From Pyrinomonadaceae bacterium (GTDB lineage Bacteria > Acidobacteriota > Blastocatellia > Pyrinomonadales > Pyrinomonadaceae): a stretch of DNA of 64,000 bases. The DNA is taken from positions 90,286 to 154,285 of the forward strand of contig DAOLDE010000007.1 of assembly GCA_035327545.1 (NCBI GenBank). The letters run 5' to 3'. Position numbers and translations under genes: made by a program. The notes beneath the pieces were generated by a model. It saw nothing but the letters and a program-made list of their open reading frames with translations. It was not told where the DNA came from and made no database searches. Shown here in pieces: positions 18,314 through 29,193 of the stretch; the first letter of the stretch is position 1; each line of letters opens with the position of its first letter.

Positions 18314-19066
18314 ATGCCGATAGTTGAGACGGAAGGCGTCGTATTGAAAAGCCATAACCTGGCAGAAGCTGACCGCATCGTCGTATTCTTTACTCGAGAC
18401 CACGGGATCATTCGCGGGGTGGCAAAAGGTGCGAAAAGGTTGAAAAGCCGGTTTGGCAGCACTCTTGAAGCCTTTTCGACCGTTCAGCTTACCTATTTTG
18501 AAAAAGAAGAACGCGAACTGGTTTCGATACAGAATATCGAGCTTCTTGCTTCGAGATTTCAGGCCGCAAGCGACCCTTCGTTTCTTCGGACCTTTTCCTA
18601 TCTTGCCGAATTGTTGATCGCCCTTGTTCCGCCGCACGATCCACAGCTAACAACCTATCGAATGGTGAAAAGCTGTCTTGATTCAGGGGCCTCGGACAAT
18701 GCGGGCCTCGAGGCGATCGCTCTGTATTTCGAACTTTGGCTTTTCCGGCTTAGCGGCTTTCTGCCTTCTCGCTCAACCTGTGGTCAATGCGGCAGGCAAT
18801 GGTCGAATGGCGACGAGCGGTGGCTGGCGCCGGACCTTCACCTTTATTGCAAAAAATGCCGCCGTGAAAGACGAGATACGCGGCTCGAGAACGAACATGT
18901 CGAAGTGTTGAACAGTGTTGATAGGCTTTCGCCGGACTTGTTTCTCGCTGAGACAAGGAGATACACCCCGGCCGTTAGAGAGATCTCAAAGATACTGCGG
19001 CCGTTTCTTAGAAATGTTGTGGGCCGCGATCTTGCTATGGAACGTCTCGCAGGCTCCGCTATCTAG
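18314..19066 (+). CDS. recO: DNA repair protein RecO
   Basis: N-terminal OB-fold signature EGVVLKSHNLAEADRIVVFFTRDHGIIRGVAKGAKRLKSRF and a C-terminal Cys4 zinc motif CGQCG...CKKC. Confidence 0.85.
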   Translation: MPIVETEGVVLKSHNLAEADRIVVFFTRDHGIIRGVAKGAKRLKSRFGSTLEAFSTVQLTYFEKEERELVSIQNIELLASRFQAASDPSFLRTFSYLAELLIALVPPHDPQLTTYRMVKSCLDSGASDNAGLEAIALYFELWLFRLSGFLPSRSTCGQCGRQWSNGDERWLAPDLHLYCKKCRRERRDTRLENEHVEVLNSVDRLSPDLFLAETRRYTPAVREISKILRPFLRNVVGRDLAMERLAGSAI

Positions 19067-19075
19067 TCGCTTAAA

Positions 19076-21388
19076 ATGAGACTTGGCTGGAAAATCTCAG
19101 TTTACCTCATCGGCTCGGTGCTTCCGTACTTCATTTTCTCCTGGGTGCTTCTGAGCGTTGTCCTCTTTGTTCAGCAGGCAGGCCGCTTTTCAGACATCTT
19201 TTTCAGCGCAAATGTCCCGTCCAGCCTCGTCTGGCAGCTCAGTATAGCGCTTATCCCAAACGTCATTTCGTTCACCTGCCCGATGGCGGCGCTCGTCGGT
19301 GTGATCATCGGCCTGACAAAGATGCAGAACGACAGCGAGATCGTCGCCATCAAGGCCGCGGGCGTGGGCAATTTGGCGATCGCAACACCGTTCGTCGTCC
19401 TCGGCATCATTCTCTCCCTGTTCGCAATATTCGTAAATCTCAAAGGCGTGCCGATGGCCGCCGGCGTGGTTCGGCAGGTTGCTTTGCGGAGTGCCCTATA
19501 CAAGCTGGAATCGCCGATCGAGCCCGGCGTTTTCAACACCGAGATCGCGGGCTTCACTATCTACGTGAAAGGCGGCGACCTTGCAACAGGCAAGTGGAAG
19601 AACATATTCGTTCATAACGAAGATCAGGCCACTGGCACCGTTCGCTTGATCACTTCGCAAAGCGGCCGCATCGATCATTCTGACGACGACTCGGAGCTCG
19701 TCCTCGAAAATGCCGTCAGCTCTACCTTTTCCGAAGCGAACGGCCGGTTCAAGTTCTATTCCGAGAACATCGGTGAGGTCCGCTATGCGGTGAAGACGCG
19801 TCGTTCCGAGTTGGTCCAGAGGCTGAACAGTACCGAGCTGAGCCCGGAGGAACTTGGTCTCGATCAGTTGTCGGACTACGCACGGGCGCGCGAGGGCCAG
19901 CAAAAGACCGAAGCAGAACTGCTCTGGTATCGGCGAATAATGCTGTCGGTCTCGCCGCTCATCTTTTGTATTTTCGCAACGGTATTCGTTCTTCGCTACA
20001 ACCGTAAGAGCCGCGGTTTCGCGATCGTATCGGCATTGCTCGGGCTGATCGCATACTATTTGCTGGCATTTCTCGGAGAGCAGTTGGCGCGGACGGGCAC
20101 AATAAGCGTCCCGGTCGGAAGTCTCGTCCCGGTCTTTTTCAGTATCTTTGCGATTGTGTGGCTTGCCGCCGCTGGTCGCTTTGCCTTTGCGGGACGCTTC
20201 GGCGAGTTATTGTCGCGGGCGGTGACCCGATTCCGCACGCGTCCAAAGAAGACCAGTTTTGGAAACGTGTTCCTTGATCTGACCTCCGGCATTCGCGATT
20301 TCGACATCGCCTTTGATCTCGTCCGCTACTATGTACTCTCACTGGGCTTTCTCGCAGCGGTCTTCATAATCTTTACTGCTTTTGAGCTGTGGAAGTTTGC
20401 CGGCACGATGGAGAATGGCATATTTCTGCTGATCAAATATCTGTTCTTCCTTTTGCCATTTGTCTATTTGCAGCTGTCTGCTTCGGCCGCGATGATCGCA
20501 ACACTGGCAACCTACGTCATCAAATCCAGGCAAAACGAGATCGTCACCTGGACCTCGGCCGGCCAAAGCGTTTATCGCCTATTGGTGCCGTGCCTGCTTT
20601 TCACCCTCGTGCTCGGCTTTCTAAATTGGCAGATACAAGAGCGCATCGCACCGATTGCGAACCGGGTGCAGGACGATCTGCGGCTTCAGATCCGCAGCCG
20701 CGGGGCCCTTCCCGTTATACCTGATAAGGTGTGGGTTGCGGATCAGGCAAAGGTAATTTCGTTCAAGCTGGCGAATGGATCGGAGGAAACCTTTCAAATG
20801 CCCGGGCAGCGATGTGCCGTCAGGTGCGACATCGTTGGGCTTACGGTTTATTCGTTTGGCGATGACGGCGTGCGGTTAAGGTCGGTCTATCGGGCCCCGG
20901 CCGCCGAGTGGGAAAGGGGCCGCGTCACACTTCAGGCAGAGGGCGACCGCCTCGAGATGGGAGACGAGAGCGTTACGCGCTCTTCGCTTCCGATCGGCAC
21001 CGTTATCGAGGGCGCAAACCCATTCCTCGGCCTTGCTCGCAAACCTGCGCAGATGAATACCGAAGAGGTTCGGCTGCAGTTGGATGCCAGCGAATCTGAG
21101 GTCGAACGCAGGAATTTCGCCGTAGCTCTCGATCGAAAATATGCCACTCCGTTTCAGCCGTTCGTCCTGGCGCTCTTCACGGCCCCGTTCGCCCTCAGTC
21201 TCAGCCGAAAAGGGAAGGCGGCCACTACCGGCTATGCGATCGGTATTTGGCTGGTCTATATGGGCACGATCAGCATTTTCGATCAGTTAGGATTGACTGG
21301 CTCGCTCTCGTCAGGCGTTGCGGTTTGGGCTCCGACGGTTGCGTTTGCCGCGATCGGAGCATTTCTCATGTCAAGGGTTCGGACCTGA
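19076..21388 (+). CDS. fused LptF/LptG-family (YjgP/YjgQ) LPS export permease, two tandem modules
   Basis: Residues 1-~390 and ~400-770 each have LptF/G-type architecture: an N-terminal TM bundle starting I.VYL.../V.YYVLSLGFLAAVFIIF, a periplasmic beta-jellyroll region, and C-terminal TMs. One uninterrupted 770-codon frame. Confidence 0.8.
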   Translation: MRLGWKISVYLIGSVLPYFIFSWVLLSVVLFVQQAGRFSDIFFSANVPSSLVWQLSIALIPNVISFTCPMAALVGVIIGLTKMQNDSEIVAIKAAGVGNLAIATPFVVLGIILSLFAIFVNLKGVPMAAGVVRQVALRSALYKLESPIEPGVFNTEIAGFTIYVKGGDLATGKWKNIFVHNEDQATGTVRLITSQSGRIDHSDDDSELVLENAVSSTFSEANGRFKFYSENIGEVRYAVKTRRSELVQRLNSTELSPEELGLDQLSDYARAREGQQKTEAELLWYRRIMLSVSPLIFCIFATVFVLRYNRKSRGFAIVSALLGLIAYYLLAFLGEQLARTGTISVPVGSLVPVFFSIFAIVWLAAAGRFAFAGRFGELLSRAVTRFRTRPKKTSFGNVFLDLTSGIRDFDIAFDLVRYYVLSLGFLAAVFIIFTAFELWKFAGTMENGIFLLIKYLFFLLPFVYLQLSASAAMIATLATYVIKSRQNEIVTWTSAGQSVYRLLVPCLLFTLVLGFLNWQIQERIAPIANRVQDDLRLQIRSRGALPVIPDKVWVADQAKVISFKLANGSEETFQMPGQRCAVRCDIVGLTVYSFGDDGVRLRSVYRAPAAEWERGRVTLQAEGDRLEMGDESVTRSSLPIGTVIEGANPFLGLARKPAQMNTEEVRLQLDASESEVERRNFAVALDRKYATPFQPFVLALFTAPFALSLSRKGKAATTGYAIGIWLVYMGTISIFDQLGLTGSLSSGVAVWAPTVAFAAIGAFLMSRVRT

Positions 21389-21406
21389 AGGCCTAAGGTG
21401 TCGATA

Positions 21407-21889
21407 TCAGTTATTCGTTATAGGCATCGTCGTCGTATCGACGCAAACATAGCGGAATACGGCTTCGCCGATCGAGCCTGGCTTTACGGCGTCCTGCTTT
21501 GACGATGGAGTGAGCAGGTTGGTTTTTGCGGCAAGCGCTTTATTATCAGCGCCTATTACCGAGGTCTTCTCGAGTAGCAAGACATTTTTCGAGCAATCTA
21601 CCGTGGCGAATTGCACCACGTGGCGCAGTTCACGCGGCAAGTTGTATCGCCGCGCAAAAGCTGCCGTGTTTACCGGCATGATCCTGACCCAAAGCTCGTA
21701 AAGTCCTTCCTTATTGAGTCTTATTCCTTTGCCATGGACAGTGAACCCGCGTTCGCCCTCGACCGTCGGGCCAAGTTTTACCCAATTCTCATCGGCCAAT
21801 TTTTCGGCATTTGCCGAGGCGGATCTATTTTCCTGCGCCGCGGCCGAAACCGCTGCCGCCGCCATAAGCACCGCGATCATCCATCTCAT
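21407..21889 (-). CDS. secreted protein, possibly surface-adhesin-E-like
   Basis: Signal peptide MRWMIAVLMAAAAVSAAAQ. The family assignment is weak (VQFATVDCSKNVLLLEKTSVIGADNK pattern). Confidence 0.5.
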   Translation of the reverse strand: MRWMIAVLMAAAAVSAAAQENRSASANAEKLADENWVKLGPTVEGERGFTVHGKGIRLNKEGLYELWVRIMPVNTAAFARRYNLPRELRHVVQFATVDCSKNVLLLEKTSVIGADNKALAAKTNLLTPSSKQDAVKPGSIGEAVFRYVCVDTTTMPITNN

Positions 21890-22053
21890 ATGGGTTTAAC
21901 TATCTTCCAATTCTGCAGATTTTGCAACCGGTTTTATTCCCGGGCCTGATCACAGAGTTTCGGCCCGCCTCTCGTGCGATCCGTCTCGATATTTTTGCGC
22001 GGAAAATTTGCTTTGACTGAGGTTCGAAGTTTGCTAATATTCTGGAAAAGGGC

Positions 22054-22473
22054 ATGGCTGAAGAAACGCGAGAGAATATTTATCCGGGAGTAGGAAGGCT
22101 CGGTTATTTTTTGACCAGAGTAATGTTGGTGATCGCAACTACGTTTGCGGTCGTTTATTTCGGGCCTGAAAGCTCAGCGTTTCGGGCGATCGCCCTTATG
22201 GCGACGGTTGCCGGCCTTGTTCTTGATGTCATGCGGCTCAGAAATATCGGCGTCAGCCGGTGGTTTGTTTTCCTGAGGTTTATCCCGTGGGTCGGCGTGC
22301 TGTTTTCGGTGATGCTGCAAAGCGCCCAGGGCGGCTGGACCGAGTCGCGACGCCTTGATCGTGCTGGCTTGGCGATCATCGGCGTCCATCTTGCGATCCT
22401 TGCACTCGTCTTGTACCTCGTTTTCCGCTCACAATTTGTCGGCGAGATCTTCGCGATCCCCTTCGGTGGGTAA
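22054..22473 (+). CDS. DUF805-like inner-membrane protein
   Basis: MRLRNIGVSRWFVFLRFIPWVGVLFSVML resembles the DUF805 R-L-H/N-D-x-G motif. Four hydrophobic segments. Candidate promoter TTGACT-16-TAATAT at 22013-22040. Confidence 0.6.
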   Translation: MAEETRENIYPGVGRLGYFLTRVMLVIATTFAVVYFGPESSAFRAIALMATVAGLVLDVMRLRNIGVSRWFVFLRFIPWVGVLFSVMLQSAQGGWTESRRLDRAGLAIIGVHLAILALVLYLVFRSQFVGEIFAIPFGG

Positions 22474-22492
22474 GTGATCGCATCGACCCGCT

Positions 22493-22918
22493 TCAATCAG
22501 CGTCTTCGGCAGGTTTGCCTGATCTTCGGCATTGCGAATGGGCCTTTGGCGAGGTCTTCACGGTCCTCAGGTCGAGGATCAGATTTCCGTCCAGATCGAT
22601 CTTCGGAAACCGGAATTCTATCGTCTCCATCGGCGCGATCCCAAACTCGGTGACCAGCCGGTATGCACGCACGATCTTTCCTCCCCGCCGTCCGTATTTT
22701 CTTACCGGATACGCATGTGGTTCTCCCCGCCGGGCAGGTTTAAGCCCGAGCCGCCCGTTAAAACGGTCCCACATGATCACGACCGCCGTCGGCCGCGCCA
22801 GCCGCTCCCATGTTACGCGGCTCATCGCGATCGCCCCCATCCGGTTCATCGAAACATACAGCTTCGACCAATGCGCCGCCACGTCTCCCCTCGGCAATAT
22901 TTCCCAATCCATTTCCAT
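22493..22918 (-). CDS. hypothetical protein (141 aa)
   Basis: ORF with protein-like composition, convergent with 22054-22473. No family recognised. Confidence 0.4.
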   Translation of the reverse strand: MEMDWEILPRGDVAAHWSKLYVSMNRMGAIAMSRVTWERLARPTAVVIMWDRFNGRLGLKPARRGEPHAYPVRKYGRRGGKIVRAYRLVTEFGIAPMETIEFRFPKIDLDGNLILDLRTVKTSPKAHSQCRRSGKPAEDAD

Positions 22919-22993
22919 ATTGAAACGCTCGCTCCTTAAACCGAAACGAGTGTATCATAGATGGGGCAATGTTGCAAAATCGGCACGTCGCGT

Positions 22994-23030
22994 CCTACAC
23001 GTTCCGCCTTCGCCTCCACGTGTAGCTAGC
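22994..23030. repeat. left flanking hairpin repeat
   Basis: CCTACACGTtccgccttcgcctccACGTGTAGCTAGC. Perfect 8-bp stem (22995-23002 / 23018-23025) with a 15-nt loop. Confidence 0.7.
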
Positions 23031-23101
23031 GATATTTTCGTGTGCTCCGCACACTTTCGACCTTCAATTTCATGTCGAAATGTTTGGATAATATCGAAAC
23101 A

Positions 23102-23536
23102 TCAATCCCAAAGATATTGTTCATCGAAATCGATCTTATGGCGTCGGAGAAAGCCTTCGTACTCGGCCTCGAACGTTTGCTTTTTATGATGATCTTTCTG
23201 GCGGCGGATGTAATCCCGCACCGCTTCGACCGCCGATTCGCTTACGGTGAAGGCCCCGTACCGCCGATGCCATGCAAACTTCGGATAATGTTGTTTGGCC
23301 CATTTCGACGAGCTTGCCTTTAATTCACGCATGAAAGCGGGGAAGTCGCACGGCTTAAGAATTATGAGCAAATGGACGTGGTCCGGCATTCCGTTGATCG
23401 CGATAACCTCGCCCTTGAGGTTTTTCACGATTCCGGCAAGGTAGCGATAGAGTTCCTCTTCCCAGGTGCGTGAGATCATCGGAAAGCGGTCCTTCGTGCC
23501 AAAGACAATGTGATAAATGAATCAGGTGTGCGACAT
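23102..23536 (-). pseudogene. IS200-like / REP-associated tyrosine (Y1, HUH) transposase with in-frame TGA at codon 5
   Basis: The ORF-track product (23102-23479) has HVHLLI (HUH) and RDYIRRQKDHH (catalytic Tyr region). The same frame continues upstream as MSHT-TGA-FIYHIVFGTKDRFPMI. That is the conserved family N-terminus, interrupted by TGA at 23522-23524. Confidence 0.65.
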
Positions 23537-23590
23537 TCTCTAGTTGATGTGACGTGTGGTTCACACGCTTGGGAATTTTGCTTCATGTAT

Positions 23591-23627
23591 TCTACACGTT
23601 TCGGCTTCGCCTTCACGTGCAGCTAGA
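23591..23627. repeat. right flanking hairpin repeat (same orientation as left copy)
   Basis: TCTACACGTttcggcttcgccttcACGTGCAGCTAGA. About 85 percent identical to 22994-23030, with the same 15-nt loop length. Confidence 0.7.
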
Positions 23628-23669
23628 ATTATGATCATGTGCCGACGCGCACATTACAGAGAAAATTCG

Positions 23670-24440
23670 ATGTTTACAAAAGCCATTGTCCGACAGCCGA
23701 GTGAGAATTTTGCAGATGGTTTGACCAGCGTTGATCTTGGTGTGCCTGATGTTGACAGGGCGTTGGGGCAGCATCGGGCGTATTGCGAGGCGTTGTTGAG
23801 GTTCGGGCTCGAGCTTATCGAGCTGGAGCCGGATGCGGAGTTTCCGGATTCGACGTTTGTCGAGGACACCGCGATTGTCACGGACCGCTGTGCGGTCGTT
23901 ACGCGACCTGGTGCCGCAAGCCGTACCTGCGAGACCGTCAGCATAGCGGCGGCCCTTGCGCCATACTACGACAAACTCTCTCGCATAGAGCCGCCGGGAA
24001 CGGTCGATGGAGGCGATGTTTGCCAGCTCGATGAACACTTTCTTATCGGGATCTCGGACCGCACTAATCAAGACGGGGCGAGGCAGTTGGCGGAACTTCT
24101 CGCGGCGGCTGGATACACATCGAGAAATGTTGATATTCGCGGGCTCGACGGCCTCCTTCACCTTAAAAGCGGCATCAGTTATCTGGGTGACGGGCGGGTC
24201 CTGGTTACGGAAGCCCTCGCCGGCGAAAAGGGGATCGAGCAATTTGAGATGGTTCGCGTTCCGAACGGGGAAGAGTACGCGGCAAACTGCGTTCTTGTGA
24301 ACGGCTGTATCCTGTTTGCCAACGGGTTTCCACGAACCAAGTCCATGCTCGCAGAACTCGGGTATCAAATTATCGATCTTGAGATGTCCGAATTCCGGAA
24401 AATGGATGGCGGGCTTAGCTGTTTGTCGCTCCGATTTTAA
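23670..24440 (+). CDS. dimethylarginine dimethylaminohydrolase (DDAH) / amidinotransferase-fold enzyme
   Basis: MFTKAIVRQPSENFADGLTS...FPDSTFVEDTA...AANCVLVNG...MDGGLSCLSLRF. The C-terminal catalytic Cys motif closely resembles bacterial DDAH. ATG 23670 is preferred over 23556. Confidence 0.85.
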   Translation: MFTKAIVRQPSENFADGLTSVDLGVPDVDRALGQHRAYCEALLRFGLELIELEPDAEFPDSTFVEDTAIVTDRCAVVTRPGAASRTCETVSIAAALAPYYDKLSRIEPPGTVDGGDVCQLDEHFLIGISDRTNQDGARQLAELLAAAGYTSRNVDIRGLDGLLHLKSGISYLGDGRVLVTEALAGEKGIEQFEMVRVPNGEEYAANCVLVNGCILFANGFPRTKSMLAELGYQIIDLEMSEFRKMDGGLSCLSLRF

Positions 24441-24597
24441 GTGATGTCCATATGTGCGTCAGAGTCGGGTTCAGAGTTCGCTTCGGTGCGTGATCAAGGG
24501 GTGCTTTCGGGCACAGGGCGTATGAAAGCATGGATCCTGCCACCGATCGCAGAACTTCTTCCGCCGACGCGATGAATCGGCACTTCGACATGATACG

Positions 24598-24632
24598 CGA
24601 CAAAACAAAAGCCCCATCGAAAACGACAGGGC
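24598..24632 (-). terminator. rho-independent terminator downstream of ahcY
   Basis: Minus strand GCCCTGTCG-tttt-CGATGGGGC followed by TTTTGTTTTGT. Confidence 0.6.
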
Positions 24633-24677
24633 CATAGTTTCTGAAAATATCCCTGGGGATGTTTGGGACGTGAAGTA

Positions 24678-25979
<1,302 letters not shown>

Positions 25980-26061
25980 TTATCTTGGGCACGGTGAATG
26001 CTGCACGTCTTGCTATCCGCACACCAGCGAACCCGACGCCCTTAGGATCTACAGGGTTCTG

Positions 26062-27222
26062 CTAGGCAGCGGCGGCGTGCTCCTCGGCCGCACTGCGAAG
26101 GGCTTCGGCCTTGTCGGTCCGTTCCCATGTGAACTCATCGTTCGACCTTCCAAAATGTCCAAAACGAGCCGTCTCTTTGTAGATAGGCCGGCGAAGATCG
26201 AGCGTTTCGATTATCTTTTCAGGTGTAAGCAGGAAATTCTCACGGATGATGTCTGCGATCCGCTCGTCATCGATGGTTCCGGTCCCTTGCGTATCGATCA
26301 AAACCGAAACAGGCTCCGCTACGCCGATCGCGTATGCCAATTGTACGAGGCACCTTTCGGCAAGTCCCGCAGCAACGACGTTCTTCGCAATGTATCGAGC
26401 CATATATGCCGCCGAACGATCTACTTTTGTTGGATCTTTGCCAGAAAAAGCACCGCCGCCGTGTGGGGCATAACCGCCGTAGGTATCAACGATTATCTTT
26501 CGACCGGTCACACCCGCATCGCCCATCGGCCCGCCTATCACAAACTTTCCCGTCGGATTGATGTGAAACTTCGTATTGTCGTCGATCATTTCTGCCGGGA
26601 TCACAGGATTGATTACATTCTCCCGGATATCGCTTCTTATGTCTTCAATATCGAGGTCTGCAGTTTGCGTCGAGACCACGACCGCCTCCACCCGAAACGG
26701 GCGGCCATCGCGATACTCTATTGAAACTTGCGACTTGCCGTCCGGGCGCAGGTATGGAACCGTACCATCGCGGCGGACCTGCGAAAGCCTTCGCGTTAGA
26801 TTGTGCGCCATCTGAATGGGCATCGGCATCAATTCCGGGGTCTCATTGCAGGCAAAACCGAACATCAAGCCCTGGTCACCCGCCCCACCGGTGTTGACAC
26901 CTTGAGCAATGTCGGGGGATTGGGTGCCAATGGCGTCGATGACCGCGCACGTATTCGAATCGTAGCCAAACTCGGCGTCATTATAGCCGATCTCATGGAT
27001 CGTATCTCTTATGATGGTCTTATAATTGACCCGCGCTGTAGTTGTTATTTCACCCGCAATTACTGCAAGGCCTGTAGTTACGAGTGTCTCACAAGCGACA
27101 CGGGCCAGGGGATCCTGAGTGAGAATAGCGTCCAGTATCGCATCCGATATATTGTCCGCAATTTTATCCGGATGACCTTCAGTTACAGACTCGGACGTGA
27201 ATAGAAAATTTCCGTTACTCAA
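26062..27222 (-). CDS. metK: S-adenosylmethionine synthase
   Basis: [39 protein letters not shown] and [19 protein letters not shown] start preceded by TAGGAGCC. Confidence 0.95.
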   Translation of the reverse strand: MSNGNFLFTSESVTEGHPDKIADNISDAILDAILTQDPLARVACETLVTTGLAVIAGEITTTARVNYKTIIRDTIHEIGYNDAEFGYDSNTCAVIDAIGTQSPDIAQGVNTGGAGDQGLMFGFACNETPELMPMPIQMAHNLTRRLSQVRRDGTVPYLRPDGKSQVSIEYRDGRPFRVEAVVVSTQTADLDIEDIRSDIRENVINPVIPAEMIDDNTKFHINPTGKFVIGGPMGDAGVTGRKIIVDTYGGYAPHGGGAFSGKDPTKVDRSAAYMARYIAKNVVAAGLAERCLVQLAYAIGVAEPVSVLIDTQGTGTIDDERIADIIRENFLLTPEKIIETLDLRRPIYKETARFGHFGRSNDEFTWERTDKAEALRSAAEEHAAAA

Positions 27223-27298
27223 AAGTGTTTGTGGCTCCTATATAGAAATCTGTCAGAGGTTACCTTCAGTACATATCAATGCTCATATCAAAACTGCT

Positions 27299-27327
27299 AT
27301 CTTAACTTTTCAGTAAACTGCTGTCAA
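27299..27327 (-). promoter_or_regulatory. candidate sigma70 promoter for metK-ahcY (TTGACA-17-TAAGAT on minus strand)
   Basis: Reverse complement of 27322-27327 is TTGACA and of 27299-27304 is TAAGAT, with a 17-nt spacer. This leaves a ~70-nt leader. Confidence 0.35.
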
Positions 27328-27560
27328 AATCAGGGCGTGTCAAAGATGCCCGTCGCTAAGACTGGTCAGCGATCGTTCACGGGGGAAGTACTTGAGCGAT
27401 TGGTATTGGTTTTGAGCTCGCGTCTGGCTGCGAAGTTACTCAGTGGGGAAGACTCAATGGGCTTGCTATCCCGAACGGTCTCCCATCGTGGGTAGGGATC
27501 GGATTAGTTGCGTCTGATAATATAGATTATGTAGCAAGCATCTACGAACGAGCCTCGCTA

Positions 27561-28400
27561 CTATTGTCCCGATTTAGTATCGTCAAACGCCCGCTTCAAG
27601 GCCCGAAGCACGTGGCCTTTGTCGAATTCTTCCGAACGAAAATGGATAGATAAATCAAAATCCTTCTCCGGAGATCTATAGTTAAAAACACCTGGTGCGG
27701 ATGATCCTTCAGATTCCTTAGAAGTTTGGCGAGACCTATCTGGGTAGGACCGTTGTTTTCCCCTGTTAACAACTTCAGCACTTTTCAAAGCATCCAGGCG
27801 ATGAAACATCGCTTCTTCGTCAAACTGCCGGGCTATTTCAAGCAAAACCGCCTTGGATAAAATATTCTGATCACGGCAACGGGATCTTATTTCATCGGGC
27901 AGATTTGCGATAGTCAAAAGTTCAGTTACGGTAGTTCGGCTCTTGCTGATCTTTTGTGCTATTTGATCGTGGGTATAACCGAATTTCTCCCCCAGAGCCC
28001 TGAGGCCATCCGCCTCTTCCCATACTGTGAGATCCTTCCGCTGCAGGTTCTCGATCAAAGCGATCTCTGCCACAGCGTTGTCGTCGATATCCAATTCAAT
28101 GCAAGGCAGTTCAATCAGGCCAGCCAGTTTTGACGCCCGCCATCGTCGTTCTCCGGCGATGATCATGAACCTTCCTTCGCTCGTAGGCCTGACCAGAAGC
28201 GGCTCAAGTACACCTTTTTCCTTTATCGATTCCGTTAGCTCCGAGAGATCCCCGAATTCACTGCGAGGCTGTTCGGGATTTGGAAAGATCAGAGTGATCG
28301 CGATCGTCCGGCCGACGCTGCGCGAACGGGAGGCGATCTGGTCCACATAATGGGCGTCGTGACGCATCTTAACCCCTAAAGGTAGTCCTGATTTAGGCAC
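27561..28400 (-). CDS. parB: chromosome partitioning protein ParB/Spo0J
   Basis: ParB box GVLEPLLVRP...IIAGERRWRASKLAG plus an HTH region. Overlaps parA by 8 nt. Confidence 0.9.
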   Translation of the reverse strand: MPKSGLPLGVKMRHDAHYVDQIASRSRSVGRTIAITLIFPNPEQPRSEFGDLSELTESIKEKGVLEPLLVRPTSEGRFMIIAGERRWRASKLAGLIELPCIELDIDDNAVAEIALIENLQRKDLTVWEEADGLRALGEKFGYTHDQIAQKISKSRTTVTELLTIANLPDEIRSRCRDQNILSKAVLLEIARQFDEEAMFHRLDALKSAEVVNRGKQRSYPDRSRQTSKESEGSSAPGVFNYRSPEKDFDLSIHFRSEEFDKGHVLRALKRAFDDTKSGQ

Positions 28401-29148
28401 GTCTCAAAACCTCCTTCGACAAATCCAAATATTCAACCGAGCCAGAGGACCGCGGCGCATACTCAAAGATCGGCTTCTTATGTGCCGGGGACTCCTCAAG
28501 CCTGACGCTCCTGGAGATAACGGTCTTAAAGGTCTTCTTGCCAAATACGCTGCGGATATGGGCCTCGACGTCCTTGGAGATCGTTGTTCGACGATCAAAG
28601 AGGGTGACCACAACACCCATAAGATTTAGATCGGGGTTAGGCCGCGAGCGAATCTTCTCGATGGTCTCGAGCAGGTCGTCCGTCCCTTCGAGAGCGAAGT
28701 AGGACGACTGAATAGGAATTATAATATGATTTGCTGCGACAAGTGCATTCACGGTAAGTATTCCAAGAGTTGGCGGAGTATCGATCAAAACTACGTCGTA
28801 CCGCTTCCGAATGGTTTCCAAACGGTCTCGAAGCTTGAATGCCGCATCGAAATCCCCGATAAGCTTTGCTTCAAGCTTTGCCAAATTAATTCGTGCGGGA
28901 ATCAACGAGAGATTCTTTGTTTCCGTTTGATACACCAAATCCTCGATCGGACGCTTCGGTTCTGCAAAGAGCTCATATGAACCACCATTTACATTTTCAG
29001 GTTCCAGAAACGAAAGTGAAGAATTACTTTGTGGGTCCAGATCGATCAGAAGCACCTTTTTTCTTTGGTTCGCGATCCCTGCCGCAAGATTTATCGCGGT
29101 CGTCGTCTTCCCAACTCCGCCTTTTTGGTTAGCAATAACGATGATCAT
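28393..29148 (-). CDS. parA: chromosome partitioning ATPase ParA/Soj
   Basis: Deviant Walker A IANQKGGVGKTTTAINLA. VLLIDLDPQ. Confidence 0.9.
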   Translation of the reverse strand: MIIVIANQKGGVGKTTTAINLAAGIANQRKKVLLIDLDPQSNSSLSFLEPENVNGGSYELFAEPKRPIEDLVYQTETKNLSLIPARINLAKLEAKLIGDFDAAFKLRDRLETIRKRYDVVLIDTPPTLGILTVNALVAANHIIIPIQSSYFALEGTDDLLETIEKIRSRPNPDLNLMGVVVTLFDRRTTISKDVEAHIRSVFGKKTFKTVISRSVRLEESPAHKKPIFEYAPRSSGSVEYLDLSKEVLRRA

Positions 29149-29193
29149 TTCTTAAACTTTCCGCTTTTATTCAAATGCGCGTCCCAAAGCGGA

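Larger units (their letters stand above)
22994..23627 (-). mobile_element. IS200/IS605- or RAYT-like element: Y1 transposase gene bracketed by directly repeated hairpin sequences
   Basis: Flanking ~37-nt repeats at 22994-23030 and 23591-23627, an internal HUH/Y1 transposase gene, and extra small hairpins at 23041-23055, 23553-23567 and 23638-23655. Confidence 0.6.

Noticed and set aside
22515-23189. 224-aa plus-strand ORF spanning 22493-22918 and the IS flank
   Set aside because: It has low-complexity Ser/Arg/Pro composition, runs across an intergenic hairpin repeat and into the transposase gene antisense, and has no motif.
23522-23524. TGA recoding / alternative genetic code (TGA = Trp or Gly)
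   Set aside because: Many well-supported genes in the window terminate at TGA at the expected length (for example the kinase at 7853-7855 and the WecA-like gene at 41125-41127). Standard code 11 therefore applies, and the in-frame TGA is a lesion or a local event.
23613-24368. 251-aa minus-strand ORF
   Set aside because: It is antisense to the strongly supported DDAH gene and has Arg-rich shadow-frame composition.
27223-27560. SAM riboswitch upstream of metK, and SAH riboswitch upstream of ahcY at 25959-26061
   Set aside because: I scanned the minus-strand leaders for SAM-I core elements (GAGGGA, GGCAACC, GUGCUAA) and the SAH core (GAGGAGCG) and found none. A candidate promoter leaves only a ~70-nt leader. 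An Rfam scan would be decisive.
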